From the NCBI GenBank assembly GCA_963719495.1, contig CAVRCI010000002.1, positions 96,001-160,000 on the forward strand: a DNA stretch of 64,000 nt. Reading direction: 5' to 3'. Source of the stretch: an uncultured Verrucomicrobiae bacterium. Lineage in GTDB: Bacteria; Verrucomicrobiota; Verrucomicrobiia; Chthoniobacterales; JAATET01. How positions within the stretch are numbered: the first letter of the stretch is position 1; every line of letters begins with the position of its first letter. Below are positions 18,932-29,967 of the stretch, piece after piece. Under the pieces are notes generated by a model. The model made no database searches and was not told where the DNA came from. It saw only the letters and a program-made list of their open reading frames with translations. The position numbers and the translations under genes are program-made.

Positions 18932-19433
18932 GTTCGACGCGCATCTGTTCAAACTACGCATATCGTTACTTCCTCAAGCCAACCCCTCCGTATCTCTACC
19001 GAAGGCACTCCAATAATGAAGATCAAACCTTCGGAGAGGCTTCGCGATTGGAATCACTGAAATGCGATTGGAAGATTGTAGAGAGTAGAGCCTGAACTGG
19101 AGCGGGGGGCTTGGGACCAAGCTCACAAATATACGCCTGGAAGATTGTAGGGGGGTAGAGGCTGAATTGGAATAGAGAGGGGGCATTAAGCTCACAAATA
19201 GAAGCTCGGAACGATTGTTGGAACATCTGGTGACTTCCGAACGATTGGTCGAAAACCAAAATATTCTATCCGTTGAGAAACTGTGTTTGTTGCCTAGGCC
19301 CCGATTCTCCGTCCTACGCTGGTCGAAAAAATAGAACCCGACCGCTTGTAACAAGATGTGGTGTCCCCTGACGGCGTCCGAATATGTGAGAGCGAAATAT
19401 AGTCATCCGCCGGAGGCTCACAATGAGTCGAAC
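18932..19433. other. Non-coding cassette family D, copy 1
   Basis: About 500 bp with internal ~69-bp repeats; 4 copies. Confidence 0.7.
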
Positions 19434-19523
19434 GTCAAGCTCAGCCACCCTGAGCGGATAACCGAGCCAACCCCTAGGTGAGCTGCCAATAGCGGGACCG
19501 AGCAACCCCAGCCAGCGAAGCGG

Positions 19524-20042
19524 CTAGGGGTTGGCTGCAGCGCCTTGTTCGGCTGTATTCGAAGTTAGTAAAGACTTGCTCAATAAGTAGCGCTTCGCGG
19601 GTGCATCGCAAATAAAATGTTCCTGCTCTTCTGTAATGTGGAATCCCATCCCAACGAAAAACGGCATAGCTGTCGTGCTCGATTCGGTGTAGAGAAGTGA
19701 AATACGCTTGTCATTTGCTTCATGTTCGATTGCGATGTAAAGCAGCCGCCCAATTCCTTTCCTTGTCCAGCGGTGGTGAACGTAGAAGTAATCAATGTGG
19801 CCATCACGGTCGAGCTCCGCAAAACCGAGTATTGATTGCTGGTGGCGGACAACAAAAGGATTCTTCAGACGAATCCGATCGGCCCACTCATTTATATCTT
19901 TGTTTGATGGCGCCCAACGCTCGCATTGCGCTGGCGTGTAATCACGTCCGTTGACGATGTGAGTCGTGTCATAATATATTTTCCAAAGGATTGCCTCTTC
20001 TCCGGAAACATATCGATTAACGAGGTAAGTTGAATTGCTCAT
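19524..20042 (-). CDS. GNAT acetyltransferase (intact)
   Basis: GHIDYFYVH...RKGIGRLL...A.PFF...GF motifs. Confidence 0.9.
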   Translation of the reverse strand: MSNSTYLVNRYVSGEEAILWKIYYDTTHIVNGRDYTPAQCERWAPSNKDINEWADRIRLKNPFVVRHQQSILGFAELDRDGHIDYFYVHHRWTRKGIGRLLYIAIEHEANDKRISLLYTESSTTAMPFFVGMGFHITEEQEHFICDAPAKRYLLSKSLLTSNTAEQGAAANP

Positions 20043-20180
20043 AGTGAAGCCGAACGTCAAGCTCAGCCACCCTGAGCGGGCAATCGAGCCAAACCCCAGG
20101 TGAGCTGCCAATAGCGGGACCGAGCAACCCCAGCCAGCGAAGCGGCTAGGGGTTGGCTGCAGCGCCTTGTTCGGCTGCAT

Positions 20181-20594
20181 TCATGGAAGTTCTACAGTTC
20201 GATTGACCAAATCCCAATTTGCGACAAGCTTCAGGCGAGCGGTGGTTTGATTCCATTGCATTTCATCTACCATAGATGCCAACTCAATTGGTGCCGTTCC
20301 GCAAGAAAGGCCTTCGCGAGTGAATACAGTCACATATCCAGACTTATCACCCGATGAACCAGGCATCATTGGAACGCTGAATTGCCATGCGGAACAGGTT
20401 ACGATTGCGAGAAACTCTCGATTGGGGCTTTGGTTGCGACGGCATTCGATCTGACGGAAGATGGTAAAGTAGCCTAAGAAACCTAATACAAGAACTATGG
20501 CGGTTCCGAGAATGATCAACTTCTGTCTGCGCTTCATGATCCAGCCCGGTCGAAAGGTGGTTTTCTCGTTCAGCAGGTTACTCGGGGTATTCAT
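20181..20594 (-). CDS. Membrane-anchored hypothetical protein (copy 2)
   Basis: Duplicate of 6574-6987. Confidence 0.7.
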   Translation of the reverse strand: MNTPSNLLNEKTTFRPGWIMKRRQKLIILGTAIVLVLGFLGYFTIFRQIECRRNQSPNREFLAIVTCSAWQFSVPMMPGSSGDKSGYVTVFTREGLSCGTAPIELASMVDEMQWNQTTARLKLVANWDLVNRTVELP

Positions 20595-20730
20595 CCACCG
20601 GAGGTCGAGCCGAACGCCAAGCTCAGCCACCCCGAACGGGGATCCGAACTCTGAAGAAGGATGTAAACTGCCACCCGGAAGTCAGTGCAACAGCGGCCGG
20701 TGATCGGCTAGGGGTTGGCTGCAGCGCCCT

Positions 20731-21012
20731 GGTCGTCGGGACGGGTCGCAGCGGAAGTGGCAATCGATAGCGTCCGGCAGGAACAAGATAAGGAAGTTGG
20801 GAAGGGGGTGATTTGCTGCAAGAGGTCCGAGTCACTGATGGCATGCACATATCTCCTCGTGATGGCGAAAGCGTGGCAAAAAAGACAGACAAACGAGATT
20901 ACCAGCAAAGCAGAGGGACGCGGAACGATGAGGAGATGATGAGAACGATACTCGGACGAATAAGATCTGAAGGTCGTAAACCGGGCGTTCAAAACAGATA
21001 TATTAGGCGACC
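20731..21012. other. Family E-type cassette (diverged) with GGT/ACC cores
   Basis: Ends GGTCGTC...GGCGACC. Confidence 0.7.
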
Positions 21013-21099
21013 GTCAAGTTCAGCCACCCTGAACGGGTGATGAACAATGACAGATAATCAACTGCCCGTGGTGGGTGGCGCAACCCAGCCGCGCAGCGG

Positions 21100-21537
21100 C
21101 TAAGGGTTGGCTGCAGCGCCTTGTTCGGCTGTATTATCGCTCTTCTTCGAAAGCCGTTCCTTCAGATCAGTTCTTTCACGAATAAAATAGTCGATCTTGT
21201 TCCCGAGAGTCATAAGTGTGTCCTCATTTGAATCTTCACTAGAACGTGCTCGAGCAGATAGATAATCAATGGTCACATCGATCATGTCAGTCTCTACGGA
21301 TGAGATTGACTGGTTGATTTTGGCGGCGGCGTCTTGCTTGCCCTCAGATAATAGAACCGCTCTTTTCACGAGCAAATCTTTGTAGGCCTCCGAGAGAGCT
21401 ACAATCTTGGAATTTTTAATTTGAAGAAGTAGCTGATTGTCAGTGGGAATCGATCGACTGGGGAGTTCATCAGCGTGCACCATCGATGAGGTCGCGATCA
21501 CGGTCGAGAGAAGGAGGTAGGAAAGGCTGAGTTTCAT
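21100..21537 (-). CDS. Secreted helical hypothetical protein
   Basis: Signal peptide ending VHA. Confidence 0.7.
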   Translation of the reverse strand: MKLSLSYLLLSTVIATSSMVHADELPSRSIPTDNQLLLQIKNSKIVALSEAYKDLLVKRAVLLSEGKQDAAAKINQSISSVETDMIDVTIDYLSARARSSEDSNEDTLMTLGNKIDYFIRERTDLKERLSKKSDNTAEQGAAANP

Positions 21538-21736
21538 TGTTGCTAATTGGAATTTAAGGTTTGAGTGAGCTTTGGCTTTGTTGAGGAGCGCGATCTCGAT
21601 CCACTTTTTCAGAGCCGAACGTCAAGCTCAGCCACCCTGAGCGGGGCAACGAACGTCTAGGCAAGGTGTTTGCTGGAAGGGGGATCGGTCGGCCAAGGCT
21701 TGCCTCAGGCCGGCTAGGGGTTGGCTGCAGCGCCTT

Positions 21737-22086
21737 GTTCGTCGGAAACGGTGACTGCACAATGGAGGACCTGAGCGTCCGACAGGCTGACGATGATCAA
21801 ATCCAGCAAGCGGCTTCGTTAGAGCATTCAGTCGAAGAGGCCTCTGTGGTCCAGATTGACGACGCATTATAACTATATTGCTCGTGACACGAGAAGGGCG
21901 GAACGGATTCTGGATTGGTCTACTCTTGCCGCGTGAGCGCCCCAAGCGTGCATGGCAGGCGAAAAACCCTTGGCGTCGAATCGGGAGTGATCAATGGAAA
22001 GCCAGAATCGTGCTCAATCGTATGCCGAAGGGAATCGAGCAACTCTAAACTTTCCCTTGATTTTAACCCCAATAAATCAGGCGAAC
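21737..22086. other. Non-coding cassette family A, copy 3
   Basis: Homologous to 468-817. Confidence 0.8.
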
Positions 22087-22176
22087 GTCAAGCTCAGCCA
22101 CCCTGAGCGGGCAATCAAGCCAACCCCACGGCGAGCTGCCAATAGCGGGACCGAGCAACCCCAGCCAGCGAAGCGG

Positions 22177-22653
22177 CTAGGGGTTGGCTGCAGCGGCTTG
22201 TTCGGCTGTATTGATGCTCAATATCCGGTCGGCTTCAGTCCTCGAAATACCTCTCAGGAGCCCTATCTTCAAACCGTCCGCCTCAAGCGAAATATACCAA
22301 GCCTCTTCTCTCGTGGCGGTTATCCGATAGATCATTTGAGGCATGTGCTCCTGTGTTGTCCCATGCCAAAACAGAAGTGCGTCGTCGCATCGTCGATCTA
22401 GATACAGATTCAGGTTCTGTTCGCTTGTTCGGAGGCCATGAAGCAGGCTTTCAGGATTGACTGGCTTATACCCATTGCCAGATTTAATAAAATGATCTTC
22501 GGAAAGAATGCGGTTTGGATGGAATGGGGGGACGGTAAGTTGCAGTTTTCTGACGGCTACGGCGCCCATGAGCTTACCTGAAAAGTTTAGCCACTTCGCA
22601 TCGAACCATCCGTCGATACATATCCGAACGCAAAATACCTGGCTGATACGCAT
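22177..22653 (-). CDS. Hypothetical protein
   Basis: ORF filling the cassette; start uncertain. Confidence 0.6.
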   Translation of the reverse strand: MRISQVFCVRICIDGWFDAKWLNFSGKLMGAVAVRKLQLTVPPFHPNRILSEDHFIKSGNGYKPVNPESLLHGLRTSEQNLNLYLDRRCDDALLFWHGTTQEHMPQMIYRITATREEAWYISLEADGLKIGLLRGISRTEADRILSINTAEQAAAANP

Positions 22654-22819
22654 CGGAGAGGCGCCGAAAGATGTGATTGGGTGAATGCATTTTATTCGAG
22701 CCGAACGTCAAGCTCAGCCACCCTGAACGGGTGATGAGGAACGACTGGTGATCAACTGCCGATGGCGGGTGGCACAACCCCAGCCAGCGGATTGGCTAGG
22801 GGTTGGCTGCAGCGCCTTG

Positions 22820-23710
22820 TTAGGGCTTATTGCCTTCTTCGGGAAGTTCGAGTTGAGAGTATCGAATCTTTTCTTTGACGTCGTAAACTTTAAGGACTTG
22901 ATAGCGATAACCGACGATTTCTCCTTCGGCAGTCTTGAGCAGTGTAATCTCGAGCAGTGCATCAATGGCGTCCCCAGATTTCAGCTCAATCGTGCGCTCA
23001 TGGAAATCTCGTAGCCATTCAGAATCTAGGATCTTTGCTCTGATCACTCTTCCCTGCATATAAAGATCCCATTGGGAATCACCGATCAAATCGGGTTTCT
23101 TGACAGGTAGGATAACGCGCGTCGGTTTGCTGACTGGGATGAGTTCGAGAAGCTCTTCTTCTAGCGAAGGAGAGATGCTGATCTCTTTCGAAATTGTTCG
23201 TCGAATACTTTCTGACGTGTAGATCGCCGAATCTTCTCGTATGAGCAAACGCGTAGATCGCTCGAAGGATTGTAGCGTCGCTAGAATACGATGAAGCGGA
23301 ACTGGGGCGGGGTGGGGGAGAAGCTGCGTAGGTGCCTTAGATGCAATCTCCAGCATTGCTCGTTGATAGTCTTCAAGTTGCTGCCGAGTCGTGATAGTCG
23401 GCTCCTCTTCGAGGTGCTTCAACAAGAAGTCTCTGCCGTCGTCGAGCATGCGTCCCAAGACCTTCTTCCAGTCTCCGTCGCGAAGTGCCTCCTTGTTTGG
23501 GGTATTCAAAATCCATCGGAATATGGCTTTAAGTGAACCTTTCTCAATATCGTGAAGAAGGGTTGTGGATGCTAATGGAAGATCAATTGAATCAAGGAGT
23601 TCGTTGTCAAAACGATCGAACGAGTCGATCAATCCAGCCATTGAGTGAAACACTCTTGCTGGATTTGGCGTGTCTGGAACGAAATCAATAGTTATGTCGT
23701 ATTGTTGCAT
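22820..23710 (-). CDS. Hypothetical protein (296 aa)
   Basis: Long ORF filling the cassette; stop in the attC core. Confidence 0.8.
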   Translation of the reverse strand: MQQYDITIDFVPDTPNPARVFHSMAGLIDSFDRFDNELLDSIDLPLASTTLLHDIEKGSLKAIFRWILNTPNKEALRDGDWKKVLGRMLDDGRDFLLKHLEEEPTITTRQQLEDYQRAMLEIASKAPTQLLPHPAPVPLHRILATLQSFERSTRLLIREDSAIYTSESIRRTISKEISISPSLEEELLELIPVSKPTRVILPVKKPDLIGDSQWDLYMQGRVIRAKILDSEWLRDFHERTIELKSGDAIDALLEITLLKTAEGEIVGYRYQVLKVYDVKEKIRYSQLELPEEGNKP

Positions 23711-23852
23711 AATTGTATGGCCCTAACGTCAAGCTCAGCCACCCTGAGCGAATGACCGAGCCAACCCCGAGGTGAGCTGCCAATGGCGGCACCGAGCAAC
23801 CCCAGCCAGCGAAGCGGCTAGGGGTTGGCTGCAGCGCCTTGTTAGCTAGCAT

Positions 23853-24344
23853 TTATTTTTCTGAGATAAAAGCTTTGTAAACTTCAGAAGTTTCCTCAGG
23901 ACTAAGAATTGTTATAACTCCGGCATCGGAAATCTGATATACGTATTTTATCGAAGCCGAATTTCTGAGTAAACCAAAATACAGAATAATGTAGGAGTCT
24001 TTCGATATCTTCGGTAGGAAGGCCTCCAGAATGTAGATGTTGACCTCTTCTGAAGCAGTAATGTAGTCGTGTGAAATTTGTCGAACATTTGAAGTAACTA
24101 TTGATGATAGTATTATCTGACCATCGTAAAAAATACTCCATTGGCTGTAGTCGATCGGACTCTTCGATTCTTTCTCCGGAGTCCATGACCTTAAAAGAAT
24201 ATGTCCGTCTTTAATGATTGTTTCAACAGTAGCAGATTTACCATTTATTATAATGGTAGAGTTCGTGTTCTCAAAGGCAGAAAGCGAATGAGGAAGTAAC
24301 AAGAATGCTAAAATTGCTTGGATGATTGCGTGTTTCATATTCAT
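23853..24344 (-). CDS. Secreted hypothetical protein
   Basis: Signal peptide. Confidence 0.65.
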   Translation of the reverse strand: MNMKHAIIQAILAFLLLPHSLSAFENTNSTIIINGKSATVETIIKDGHILLRSWTPEKESKSPIDYSQWSIFYDGQIILSSIVTSNVRQISHDYITASEEVNIYILEAFLPKISKDSYIILYFGLLRNSASIKYVYQISDAGVITILSPEETSEVYKAFISEK

Positions 24345-24466
24345 AATAGCTAACGTCAAGCTCAGCCACCCTGAGCGGGCAATCGAGCCAACCCTGAGGT
24401 GAACTGCCAGTAGAGGGTCCGCGCAATCCCAGCCGCGAAGCGGCTAGGGGTTGGCTGCAGCGCCTT

Positions 24467-24848
24467 GTTCGGCTCTAACCGCACAAGCTACGAAGGGTGT
24501 TGCAATCACGATGCCAACCCCTCCTTGAATTTGACCGTATGCATTTTACTATTGGCCGTTCGGATAAGGGGGAATGCCGTAAACTAGATGAAACTGAGCA
24601 GCGTGTGGAATGAGATAAGACTGGAACCGCAGTCAAAAAGTGGGACCTGAGAATGACCAAAAGATTTCGCTTTCGCTTCGCGAAAGAATGCGGATGAAGG
24701 ACTGATGGTGGAATTTCGGTGATCCGTCGCCGATGGTTCATCTTCGGAGCACTGCTGGGCAACATCATATTTTATAGCTCCGTCAAGCGGTGTTGGGAGC
24801 GATCAACAAGTTGCTCAGACGATATCATCCGCCGGAGGCAAGCCGAAC
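24467..24848. other. Non-coding cassette family F, copy 2
   Basis: Homologous to 7121-7500, same attC interior. Confidence 0.65.
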
Positions 24849-24963
24849 GTCAAGCTCAGCCACCCTGAGCGGGGCGACGAAAGTCTAGGAAAGGTGTTTG
24901 CGGGAAGGGGATCGGTCGGCCAAGGCTTGCCTCGGGCCGGCTAGGGGTTGGCTGCAGCGCCTT

Positions 24964-25314
24964 GTTCGTCGGAAGAGGTGACTGCACAATGGAGGACTTG
25001 ATCGTCCGACAGGCCGACGATGGGTCAAACCCAGCAAGCGGCTTCGTTAGAGCATTCAGTAGAAGAGGCTTCTGTGGTCCAGATTGACTACGCATTATAA
25101 ATATATTGCTCGTGACAAGAGCAGGCCGGAACGGATTCTGGATGGATCTACTCATGCCGCGTGAGCGCCCCAAGCGTGCATGGCAGGCGAATAATCGTTG
25201 GCGTCGAATCGGGAGTGATCAATAAAAAACCAGAATCGTGCTCAATCGTATGACGAAGGGAACCGAACAACTCTGAACCTTCCCTTGATCTCAACCCCAA
25301 TAAATCAGGCGAAC
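24964..25314. other. Non-coding cassette family A, copy 4
   Basis: Homologous to 468-817. Confidence 0.8.
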
Positions 25315-25440
25315 GTCAAGCTCAGCCACCCTGAGCGGGTGATCGAGAAAACTTTGAGATGAACTGCCGGAAGCGGGACCGAGCAACCCCAGCCAGCGAA
25401 GCGGCTAGGGGTTGGCTGCAGCGCCTTGTTCGGCTGTATT

Positions 25441-25836
25441 TCATTCGAGGTGTGCGATGGTCCTCGAAAATTCGGGAAGTCCCAATTTGACAGAGACGAC
25501 AGAAAACTCGTGATCGGTGAGTGGTCCAACTACTGAATCTTCTGGGTTTGCATAGACGCAATCTTTGGATGTGTCTAAGTAGAAGAAATTTGTAACCGCG
25601 CGATTGTTGTTAGGATGCTGCTTTGCAACGATGTATTTTTGATTGTATCCGATGGAAAAGACCGTTTCAGGTATCCTTCCGATTGCTGAACCATCACCCG
25701 AGTCGTAGGAAACGTTCATCTGTGAATCTGTATCAACGGCGATCAATCGATATGGTCCGACGATCTCTTCATCATGCACGAACCCGCAGCCGACAAAGCA
25801 GAATGCCGTAATAAAATAGAGCGAAAGTCGAATCAT
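25441..25836 (-). CDS. Lipoprotein, DUF3997-like
   Basis: Lipobox FVGC; IPETV..IGYNQKYIVAKQHP. Confidence 0.7.
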   Translation of the reverse strand: MIRLSLYFITAFCFVGCGFVHDEEIVGPYRLIAVDTDSQMNVSYDSGDGSAIGRIPETVFSIGYNQKYIVAKQHPNNNRAVTNFFYLDTSKDCVYANPEDSVVGPLTDHEFSVVSVKLGLPEFSRTIAHLE

Positions 25837-26046
25837 TGGTATTTAGAGGACTCCGGTGACCGATAGCAGAAGAAGTGGCAATATTCTCATATTGCTCAGG
25901 AATATTTCATCCACCGGAGGTCGAGCCGAACGTCAAGCTCAGCCACCCTGAGCGGGGCAACGAACGTCTAGGCAAGGTGTTTGCGGGAAGGGGATCGTTC
26001 GGCCAAGGCTTGCCTCAAGCCGGCTAGGGGTTGGCTGCAGCGCCTT

Positions 26047-26396
26047 GTTCGTCGGAAGAGGTGACTGCACGATGGAGGACCCGATCGTCCGACAGGCCGA
26101 CGATGGTCAAACCCAGCAAGCGGCTTCGTTAGAGCATTCAGTAGAAGAGGCTTCTGTGGTCCAGATTGACTACGCATTATAAATATATTGCTCGTGACAA
26201 GAGCAGGCCGGAACGGATTCTGGATGGATCTACTCATGCCGCGTGAGCGCCCCAAGCGTGCATGGCAGGCGAATAATTCTTGGGGTCGAATCGGGAGTGA
26301 TCAATGAAAAACCAGAATCGTGCTCAATCGTATGCCGAAGGGAATCGAGCAACTCTGAACTTTCCCTTGATCTTAACTCCAATAAATCAGGCGAAC
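26047..26396. other. Non-coding cassette family A, copy 5
   Basis: Homologous to 468-817. Confidence 0.8.
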
Positions 26397-26509
26397 GTCA
26401 AGCTCAGCCACCCTGAGCGGGCATTCAAGCCAACCCTGAGGTGAGCTGCCGATAGCGGGACCGAGCAACCCCAGCCAGCGAAGCGGCTAGGGGTTGGCTG
26501 CAGCGCCTT

Positions 26510-26792
26510 GTTCGGATCCGCCCGTTCGTGGTCCCGTCGGATCTACAATTTGCAGCCTTGCTCGTCGCCATGCCGATTGATAATCGAGCCATACCAGCGA
26601 GTCAGACCGATGCGCTTCGCTACGAAAATTGACGTCGAATGGAATGCGCAAAAATACCTTGGTTTTGGCTTTCAGATACACAAATTCACCTCATTGTGGA
26701 CCCCTTCCGAATACGCCAATTTTATACAAAGCAAATTACGAACGAGCTTGCTTGCAGTTTGGGCTTCGAAGACCAGGGGCATAGGTCCGAAC
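26510..26792. other. Non-coding cassette family C, copy 2
   Basis: Homologous to 14686-14968. Confidence 0.7.
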
Positions 26793-26882
26793 GCCAAGCT
26801 CAGCCACCCTGAGCGGGTGACCGAGCCAACCCTGAGGTGAGCTGCCAGTAGCGGGACCGAGCAACCCCAGCCAGCGAAGCGG

Positions 26883-27398
26883 CTAGGGGTTGGCTGCAGC
26901 GCCTTGTTCGGCTGTATCTTTTATCGGCGCGGGCTCGATCTGAGAAAAAACATAAACAATCTTTCCGTCATTAATGACAGGTGCGGCGATGATATATCGA
27001 TTGTATTTGCCAAAGTGATTGATCGAAAATGCGGCATTAATTGCAGCTACTTGCTTTGGAGCTATTGCAATTGGTTGGTGCGACAATCGCGATGGAATCT
27101 GAAGAGTGATTTCATGTAATGCGTCTGTCTCATCGACTCCGTAAAGTCGAAATCCTCGATTTGGAATCGTTCGAAAATCTATTGTTCCTCTGGGATGCGA
27201 GATTGTCTTAAAATATACTGTTGCCGTCACAAAATCAGAATTCACTGATTGAAAATTGAGTGACACGTTGAATGAATGATCTGGAGGTCCCCACGTTAAA
27301 TGGGTCGGTTCCACATCGAGAATATAGTAGGGCTTATTTAGCGCGCTGGCGGCCGTTAAGAGGCACAAAGAGCAAAAGACTGAAATAGGTAGACGCAT
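26883..27398 (-). CDS. Secreted hypothetical protein
   Basis: Signal peptide ending ASA. Confidence 0.7.
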   Translation of the reverse strand: MRLPISVFCSLCLLTAASALNKPYYILDVEPTHLTWGPPDHSFNVSLNFQSVNSDFVTATVYFKTISHPRGTIDFRTIPNRGFRLYGVDETDALHEITLQIPSRLSHQPIAIAPKQVAAINAAFSINHFGKYNRYIIAAPVINDGKIVYVFSQIEPAPIKDTAEQGAAANP

Positions 27399-27544
27399 TT
27401 TTAAATGAGCCGAACGTCAAGCTCAGCCACCCTGAGCGGGCGACCGAGCCGACCCTGAGGTAAGCTGCCAGTAGCGGGACCGAGCAACCCCAGCCAGCGA
27501 AGCGGCTAGGGGTTGGCTGCAGCGCCTTGTTCGGTCGTATGATC

Positions 27545-27919
27545 TCACTTGATGGGCTCGCCGACGAATACCAAGCAATCGTTCGGATCACCAATGTGAA
27601 ACTCTGTCATGCCGTAATCGCGGTCATGTAGATCTCTTACCTTGTATTGGTCTCGGAAAGTTGAAACGTGCTCCCACAAATGATGAATGTCTACAACCTG
27701 AATATAAATCTCAGTGTGCCCTCGAACCGCATCCAATACTGACGAATCGGCTGCCTTCATCAGGTGGATTGAATGGGTATCTCGTTCAATAATCGAGTAG
27801 TCGGCTGATTTCATTGTGACCGTGAAACCGAGGATGTCGGTATAGAATGAAATAGATTGATCCATGTCGGCAACTGCGAGCATGGGGCTAATTCCTGTGA
27901 CCTTGAATTCAATATTCAT
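27545..27919 (-). CDS. VOC/glyoxalase/bleomycin-resistance family protein
   Basis: PMLAVADMDQSISFYTDILGF...YGMTEF.I.DPND motifs. Confidence 0.9.
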   Translation of the reverse strand: MNIEFKVTGISPMLAVADMDQSISFYTDILGFTVTMKSADYSIIERDTHSIHLMKAADSSVLDAVRGHTEIYIQVVDIHHLWEHVSTFRDQYKVRDLHDRDYGMTEFHIGDPNDCLVFVGEPIK

Positions 27920-28096
27920 TTTGAGAACAGTTTAGTAACTGAGTATTGGAAGATTTTACGCGAATGAATTATGAATTTCATCCGCCGGAGGCTTCATGGA
28001 CCGAACGTCAAGCTCAGCCACCCTGAGCGGGCAAACAAGCCAACCCTGAGGTGAGCTGCCAATAGCGGGTCCGAGCAACCCCAGCCAGCGAAGCGG

Positions 28097-28657
28097 CTAG
28101 GGGTTGGCTGCAGCGCCTTGTTCGGCTGTATTGCGTTTCGAAGTAGTTTCTGGTTGAGCAAGTAGTGGCTCCAAGACAACTCTGAGATCATCAGGGTTGT
28201 AATGCTTGCTCTGGCGAATGTGTCTAATCGGAATCTGAGCGCCAGTCATGATCTCGTCGACTAATATATCTCGTTGCTGTCGGGATCTGAGTCTGTGGCT
28301 AGAATCGTCAAGTTCAATAACGGCGATGATGTCATAGGTGAGGCGATTACATATGACAAAATCCACGTGTTTCGAGGATATCTTGTTGAATGCTCGTATA
28401 TATTCTTTGTTTTTGTGTATTTTCGCTGGTTCCACAATGTCAGCGAGTCTGACCTTCCCTGTCACGGTGAAAGTCCGGGGAATCACTTGTCGAAGAACCT
28501 CAAGAAATTGCAGCTCAGGGGCTGTGTATAGGGACTGTCGAGAGACGTATCTGAAAGACGTTGATTGCGACCGAGCTGTATTGAGAGCCTTGGAAACAAA
28601 CTGAAGAATCAGTAGGATTGCAACGAGAGCGACAGTCCATGGAAGTATTTCACTCAT
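28097..28657 (-). CDS. DUF2726 domain protein with N-terminal TM
   Basis: KVRLADIV...KHVDFVIC...IELDDSSH...RD motifs. Confidence 0.88.
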   Translation of the reverse strand: MSEILPWTVALVAILLILQFVSKALNTARSQSTSFRYVSRQSLYTAPELQFLEVLRQVIPRTFTVTGKVRLADIVEPAKIHKNKEYIRAFNKISSKHVDFVICNRLTYDIIAVIELDDSSHRLRSRQQRDILVDEIMTGAQIPIRHIRQSKHYNPDDLRVVLEPLLAQPETTSKRNTAEQGAAANP

Positions 28658-28786
28658 TGTATGAAAGCCGAACGTCAAGCTCAGCCACCCTGAGCGGGCA
28701 ATCAAGCCAACCCTGAGGTGAGCTGCCAATAGCGGGAACGAGCAAGCCCAGCCAGCGAAGCGGCTAGGGGTTGGCTGCAGCGCCTT

Positions 28787-29287
28787 GTTCGACGCGCATC
28801 TGTTCAATCTACGCATATCGTGACTTCCTCAAGCCAACCCCTCCGTATCTCTACCGAAGGCACTCCAATAATGAAGATCAAACCTTCGAAGAGGCTTCGT
28901 GATTGGAATCACTGAAATGCGATTGGAAGATTGTAGAGAGTAAAGGCTGAACTGGAGCGGGAGGCTTGGGATCAAGCTCACAAATATACGTCTGGAAGTT
29001 TGTAGGGGGTAGAGGCTTAATTGGAATAGAGAGGGGGCATCAAGCTCACAAATAGAAGCTTAAAACGATTGTTGGGACATCTGGTGACTTCCGAACGATT
29101 GGTCGAAAATCAAAATATTCTATCCGTTGAGAAACTGTGTTTGTTGCCTAGGCCCCGATCCTCCGTCCTACGCTAGTCAAAAAAATAGAACCCGACCGCT
29201 TGAAACAAGATGTGGTGTTCCCTGACGGCGTCCGAATATGTAAGAGCGAAATATAGTCATCCGCCGGAGGCTCACAATGAGTCGAAC
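28787..29287. other. Non-coding cassette family D, copy 2
   Basis: Homologous to 18932-19433. Confidence 0.7.
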
Positions 29288-29412
29288 GTCAAGCTCAGCC
29301 ACCCTGAGCGGGCAACCAAGCCAACCCCACGGTGAGCTGCCGGAAGCGGGACCGAGCAACCCCAGCCAGCGAAGCGGCTAGGGGTTGGCTGCAGCGCCTT
29401 GTTCGGCCCTCA

Positions 29413-29820
29413 TTATAGAATTCGAAACCTTTGCTTCGTATTCTCTGGCCAACCATGAAAAATCGAAATCATTTGAACGGCGTAGAAGCTTCTGATGATA
29501 CAGATCTGGAATGGGGACTCACCGGATCTGTAGACGACTAAAACCCCATCTTTTCTAAGTGATAGAATTGCAGACTCATCCTCTTGAAAATTTACGGAAA
29601 ATGATGTGCCGTCCTTCCGGTAGACTTGAATAGTTGGAGGATTAGCCGTAAAGGAAACATGTCCGGAGCGAAATCCTTCGAAAAGCCCGTAGTAGATGGA
29701 TAGTGAGTTATCGTCAGTTAACTCGAACTTCAGTGGGATGAGATACTGTCCGCGATCCTGAATGGACTCTTTGTAATAGAGTCCGCAGACGAGCGGGAAC
29801 AAGAAATGGCGTCTAGACAT
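29413..29820 (-). CDS. Hypothetical protein
   Basis: ORF filling the cassette. Confidence 0.55.
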   Translation of the reverse strand: MSRRHFLFPLVCGLYYKESIQDRGQYLIPLKFELTDDNSLSIYYGLFEGFRSGHVSFTANPPTIQVYRKDGTSFSVNFQEDESAILSLRKDGVLVVYRSGESPFQICIIRSFYAVQMISIFHGWPENTKQRFRIL

Positions 29821-29967
29821 GAATATTTGGCCGAACGTCAAGCTCAGCCACCCTGAGCGGGTGAACGAGCCAACCCTGAGGTGAGCTGCCAATAGAAGGT
29901 CCGAGCAACCCCAGCCAGCGAAGCGGCTAGGGGTTGGCTGCAGCGCCTTGTTCGGCTGTATCGCATT

